Source: Chiloscyllium plagiosum
Taxonomy: Eukaryota
Assembly (NCBI RefSeq): GCF_004010195.1
Contig: NC_057719.1
Coordinates: 18,559,159-18,623,158, forward strand
Direction of reading: 5' to 3'
DNA: 64,000 bases
The position numbers and the translations under genes were made by a program. The notes below the pieces were generated by a model. The model worked only from the letters and a program-made list of their open reading frames with translations. It made no database searches and was not told the DNA's origin. The number at the start of each line of letters is the position of its first letter. Within the stretch, counting starts at the first letter, position 1. Below, one piece after another: positions 60,221 through 64,000 of this stretch.

Positions 60221-60526
60221 GAATGCTCCTCAATGGGGTGAGAAATGTTGTCAAGACTCATGAGGTGATTGCAAAGAAACAAAAACAGAAAATCCTGGAG
60301 AAACTGAGCAAGTCTGGCAACATCTGTGGAGAGGAAATAGAACAGAGTGGAGCTTTGTGCGGTTTATCAGACATCTTGATATTACCACTCGGTATTCTCA
60401 AAGAAGACTCTCAGCAGTTCTGAATAAGTTTTCTCTTTTGGTCAGGGTCTTACATATACTTCAGGGATAAGAATTTCAAAAAAGACTTACATCAACGGCA
60501 GGAACACAACTTCAGTCAATTCCAGA

Positions 60527-60626
60527 AGCACACAGACAAACGCACACAAAAACACACATGCGCGTATACACACAAACACACACACACGTACACACACATG
60601 GATATACACGTATACACACACACACA
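60527..60626. repeat. (CA)n-rich low-complexity tract
   Basis: direct inspection. Confidence 0.85.
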
Positions 60627-61039
60627 GCTACTAATCAACCTATTATCAGTGAATGACATTGATGGAATATGCTTGATAATGCATCTGACTTGCCTACTAG
60701 ATTCTGGCTCCTCTGTGGTAACCACCTCCCCCACCTTGCCACAAACACCTTCCCACTTCCCCAGCCCCCTTATATGCAAAGAGAAATCTCCAGCACTACA
60801 GTAAGTAAAATAAGGCACTTTGGAAAGTCGAATTTCAACACCAATTTACATAACAAAGCCCCGAGGATGAGGAATGATAAATGTGACAGAAGTCTCTCTT
60901 GGAAAGAAACTGTCAGTCGCGCCCCAAGATTCACCTACTAAGCACATTCTTGGAACAAAATCATGCAACTGCAGCGAAAAAAAAATTGAATGCCACGGAA
61001 AAAAAATCTTCATTTTCTGCAAGAAAATCCCCACCTAAA

Positions 61040-61620
61040 AAAATGAAATGACATTATGCATATGAAAATGTCCAGAATGATGTTAGATTTATGCATACAT
61101 CAGGCACAAATTCTATTACTACACGGGCGCTGTTGTGTAATTGCACTCTGAACACATGACTGCGCTGATCAAATCTGATCTCATTAAGTCAGACACGGAC
61201 AGTGAAGGAGTCAAGAGGAATTTACGACTTGGACACTTGAAAGAAGTAAATTGCAATCCTGTTTAAAGGCTCCCCCCACCCCTGTCTCACCCTCTCTTCC
61301 GCTTCCCCCCACCCCCCTCCACTTCCACCACCCCAGCGGCCGTGGTTGTGGCACTATGATTAAGGTCACACTGAGTGTTCATTATTGGCTTGGCTAATGT
61401 GATTGCACTGGAACAATACCCTTGAACTTGCCGGCTCTGATATGCATACTAATTGCCTAATTTGTCCTTCACAATGACCTTGGCAGGCCATCCGGTACTC
61501 TGATCTGCCAGCCAGCTTCTAATCACAAATCGTCATCAATGAATAAGTACACACCAGCTATGAACCTTTCTCAGTCAGTCTCTCGCTCTCATTCTCTTGC
61601 ACACATCAGATCAAAAATGA
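61040..61620. promoter_or_regulatory. Candidate conserved enhancer with nuclear-receptor half sites
   Basis: TTAAGGTCA 61360-61368, TGACCTTGG 61475-61483, TATGCATA x3, AACAAT, CTAATT; CpG retained. Confidence 0.5.
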
Positions 61621-62834
61621 TCCATACATTTCTCCCCTCATTTTTCCTTCCTTGGCCACTCTTGTTTTCACTCTCCCTGTAGACTGAACAACTAGCATTT
61701 AAAACAAGATCAATCTCTTTTTTGTTTCAATTCTTTGCTGTTTCTCTCCTTATCAATGCCAAAAAAACAAAACCATTTCTCTCCCCCTCTCTCTCCCTCT
61801 TTATGTACACATCCCTATTTTCAGCTTGTAACTTTTGTTTGGTTTGAACTGGGAAAAGAGTAGTATTTTCTCAGTCCAGTTCTTTACTCTCTTCAGGGAA
61901 CAAGGAAACTAGCCCTCATTTGAAAGCTGCTTTCTAATCTAAAACCAGCGCTGGCAACCCCCAACTCTCCATGTCTGAATCACCCATGTGGGATTTACCA
62001 AGTCCAGCAACTTCACACTCAGGTCATCCATGCACAAACCGTGAGGTCAGGAGCTGGTGCTACTAGCATGGACTCTGCAGGCTTACAAATTACATTCTTT
62101 TTGAATGGGAAAAGAGAGAAGGAAAAGCCCTCGTGTGTGACAGACATGACAAAATAATAAACATGTTTAGAAAGGACAAGCTCCCAAAATAATCTTAGCT
62201 TCCCTCACTTTGCTTAATGTTTCCTGGAAAATTGTACTTTTCCTGGGAATCTGTATTCAAGAATCTGCAACTAGCCACATTGGTACGTAAGATGGTGTCG
62301 TATGCAGTGACTTGTAAATTTTTCACTGTACTCATGTGACTACATGTGACAATAAAGCTAATTCAATTAAATATTTGTTTTCAGGTTTACTTCATGCCCC
62401 ACAATGTGCTACAGGAAGAATGTGTGGGATCAGAGGACTATTTTGGGAAGGTCTCCTTAATTTCATCTTTTTTTACTGTCATTTATTTTTCATCTTGTTT
62501 AAACCATCTGCTTGTCTTTTTTTTAACCTGTAAAGTAAGTCTGGTTTCCTAGAGTTCTTCCTAACGTGAGATCAGTTTCAAGTGTCTCAATTTTAAGAGA
62601 CGCACACACCCTGGCCCCCACTCTGACTCCCCATCATAGGAACATGGGCACAGACTGATGAAAGAGTTTTTGAGAAGTAATGGTTTGAGTGGTTATGGAG
62701 AGGCAGGATGGAAACTGCTCTGGAAAAAAAGCAAGGATTCACCTTCTTACAGGCTGTGGGAATAGCAACATTTTGGCCCTCAAGTGAGCCAAATGCACTA
62801 ATAGGAAAAGCAAGCATTTAAATGGACTTGCAGC

Positions 62835-63657
62835 TATCATAGAGTCAGAGCGATGTACAGCACGGGAAACAGAGCCTTCAGTTCAATCCAACAATGCCAA
62901 CCAGATATCCTAAACGAACCTATTCCCATTTGCCAGCACTTGAGCCCATACCACTCTCAACACTTCCTATTCATATACCTATCCAGATGCCTTTTAAATG
63001 TTGTAATTGGACTAGCCTCCACCACTTCCTCTGGCAGCTCATTCCACACATGCACCATCTTCTGTGTGAAAACGTTGCCCCTTAGGTCCCTTTTAAAATT
63101 TTCCCCTTTCACCCTAAACCTATGTCCTCTTGTTCTGGACTCCCACAACCCAGGAAAAGGATCTTGTCTGTTTATCCTATCCATGTCCCTCAGATTTTAT
63201 AAACCTTTATAAGGTCACCCCTCAGCCTCCGACGTTCCAGGGAAAATGGCCCCAGCCTTTGGCTCAAATCCTCCTACTCTGGCAAAATCCTTGTAAATCA
63301 TTTCTAAACCCTTTCAAGTTTCACAACATCCTTCCAATAGGAAGGAGGCCAGAATTGCACACAGTATTCCAAAAGTGTCCTAACCAATGTCCTGTACAGC
63401 TGCAACATGACCTTGCAACTCCTATACTAGATGCTCTGACCAATAAAGGAGAGCATACCAAACGCCTTCTTCACTATCCTATCTACCTGCGACTCCACTT
63501 TCAAGGAATTATGAACCTGCATTCCAAGTCTCTTTGTTCAGCAACATTCCCCAGGGCCTTACCATTAAGTGTATAAGTCCTGCCCTGATTTGCTTTTCCA
63601 AATGCAGAACCTCGCATTTAGTTAAATTAAACTCCATCTGCCAATCCTTGGCCCATT
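62835..63657 (-). mobile_element. HER1/CR1 LINE 3' ~0.8 kb
   Basis: ESRTRGHRFRVKGENFKRDLRGNVFTQKMVHVWNELPEEVVEASPITTFKRHLDRYMNR. Confidence 0.95.
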
Positions 63658-63662
63658 CAAAA

Positions 63663-63966
63663 CATGGCACGGCCATTCAGTAATTAGCACTGTTAGCCTC
63701 ATAGTGCCAGGGATCTGGGTTCGATTCCACCCTCAGGCCACTGCCTTTGTGGATTTTGCATATTCTCCCCATGTCTGCATGGGTTTCCTCTGGTTTTCTG
63801 TTTTCCTCCCACAGACTAACAATGTGTAGGTCAAGTGGATTAGCCATGGGCAATGCAGGATTACAGGGATAGGATTAGGATGGTGGGTCCGAATGGGATG
63901 CTCTTTAAAGGGACAATGTGGACTCAATGGGCCAATTGGCCTGTTTCTATACTATGAGGATTCTGT
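63663..63966 (+). mobile_element. HE1-type SINE
   Basis: GGCACGG..CAGTAATTAGCACTG..GGGTTCGATTCC head, V domain, tail. Confidence 0.85.
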
Positions 63967-64000
63967 ACTTTCAGCTCCATGGCTTCTACTGTTATCTCAT

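Noticed and set aside
62385..62534. 150-nt open exon candidate (TTTTCAG...AAA|GTAAGT)
   Set aside because: The 3' half is T-rich low-complexity sequence and the acceptor abuts a TE tail; unsupported without RNA data
755..63927. The ORFs in the supplied track as host genes
   Set aside because: All are short. The recognisable ones translate SINE, LINE, PLE or Harbinger relics (e.g. MDCGRKPEH.. = HE1 antisense). The rest show no domain-like features.

Overview
Eukaryotic, AT-rich and repeat-dense DNA from a cartilaginous fish. The repeat content (HE1/V-SINEs, HER1/CR1 LINEs, SacSINE1-type DeuSINEs) points to a shark, probably an orectolobiform (inference). I found no convincing host protein-coding exon. 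The supplied ORFs are transposon fragments or chance ORFs. The window looks like a large intron or gene desert, with several repeat-free, motif-rich blocks that are candidate conserved enhancers. Between these sit SINEs, CR1/L2-like/Rex1/RTE LINE relics, one LTR with its polypurine tract, Harbinger (transposase and Myb/SANT) relics and many Penelope-like element (PLE) pieces. The most striking signal is in the PLE pseudo-LTRs. They carry minimal hammerhead ribozyme cores (CTGA[T/A]GA-A-stem II-GAAA-C-GTC) in several sequence families with covarying stem II. They occur as short TSD-flanked insertions, often fold-back, whose boundaries cluster at the ribozyme. One is flanked by a 136-bp duplication. 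Hammerheads in PLEs are established knowledge; the short-unit and boundary patterns are my inference. Coordinates of old repeats are approximate.
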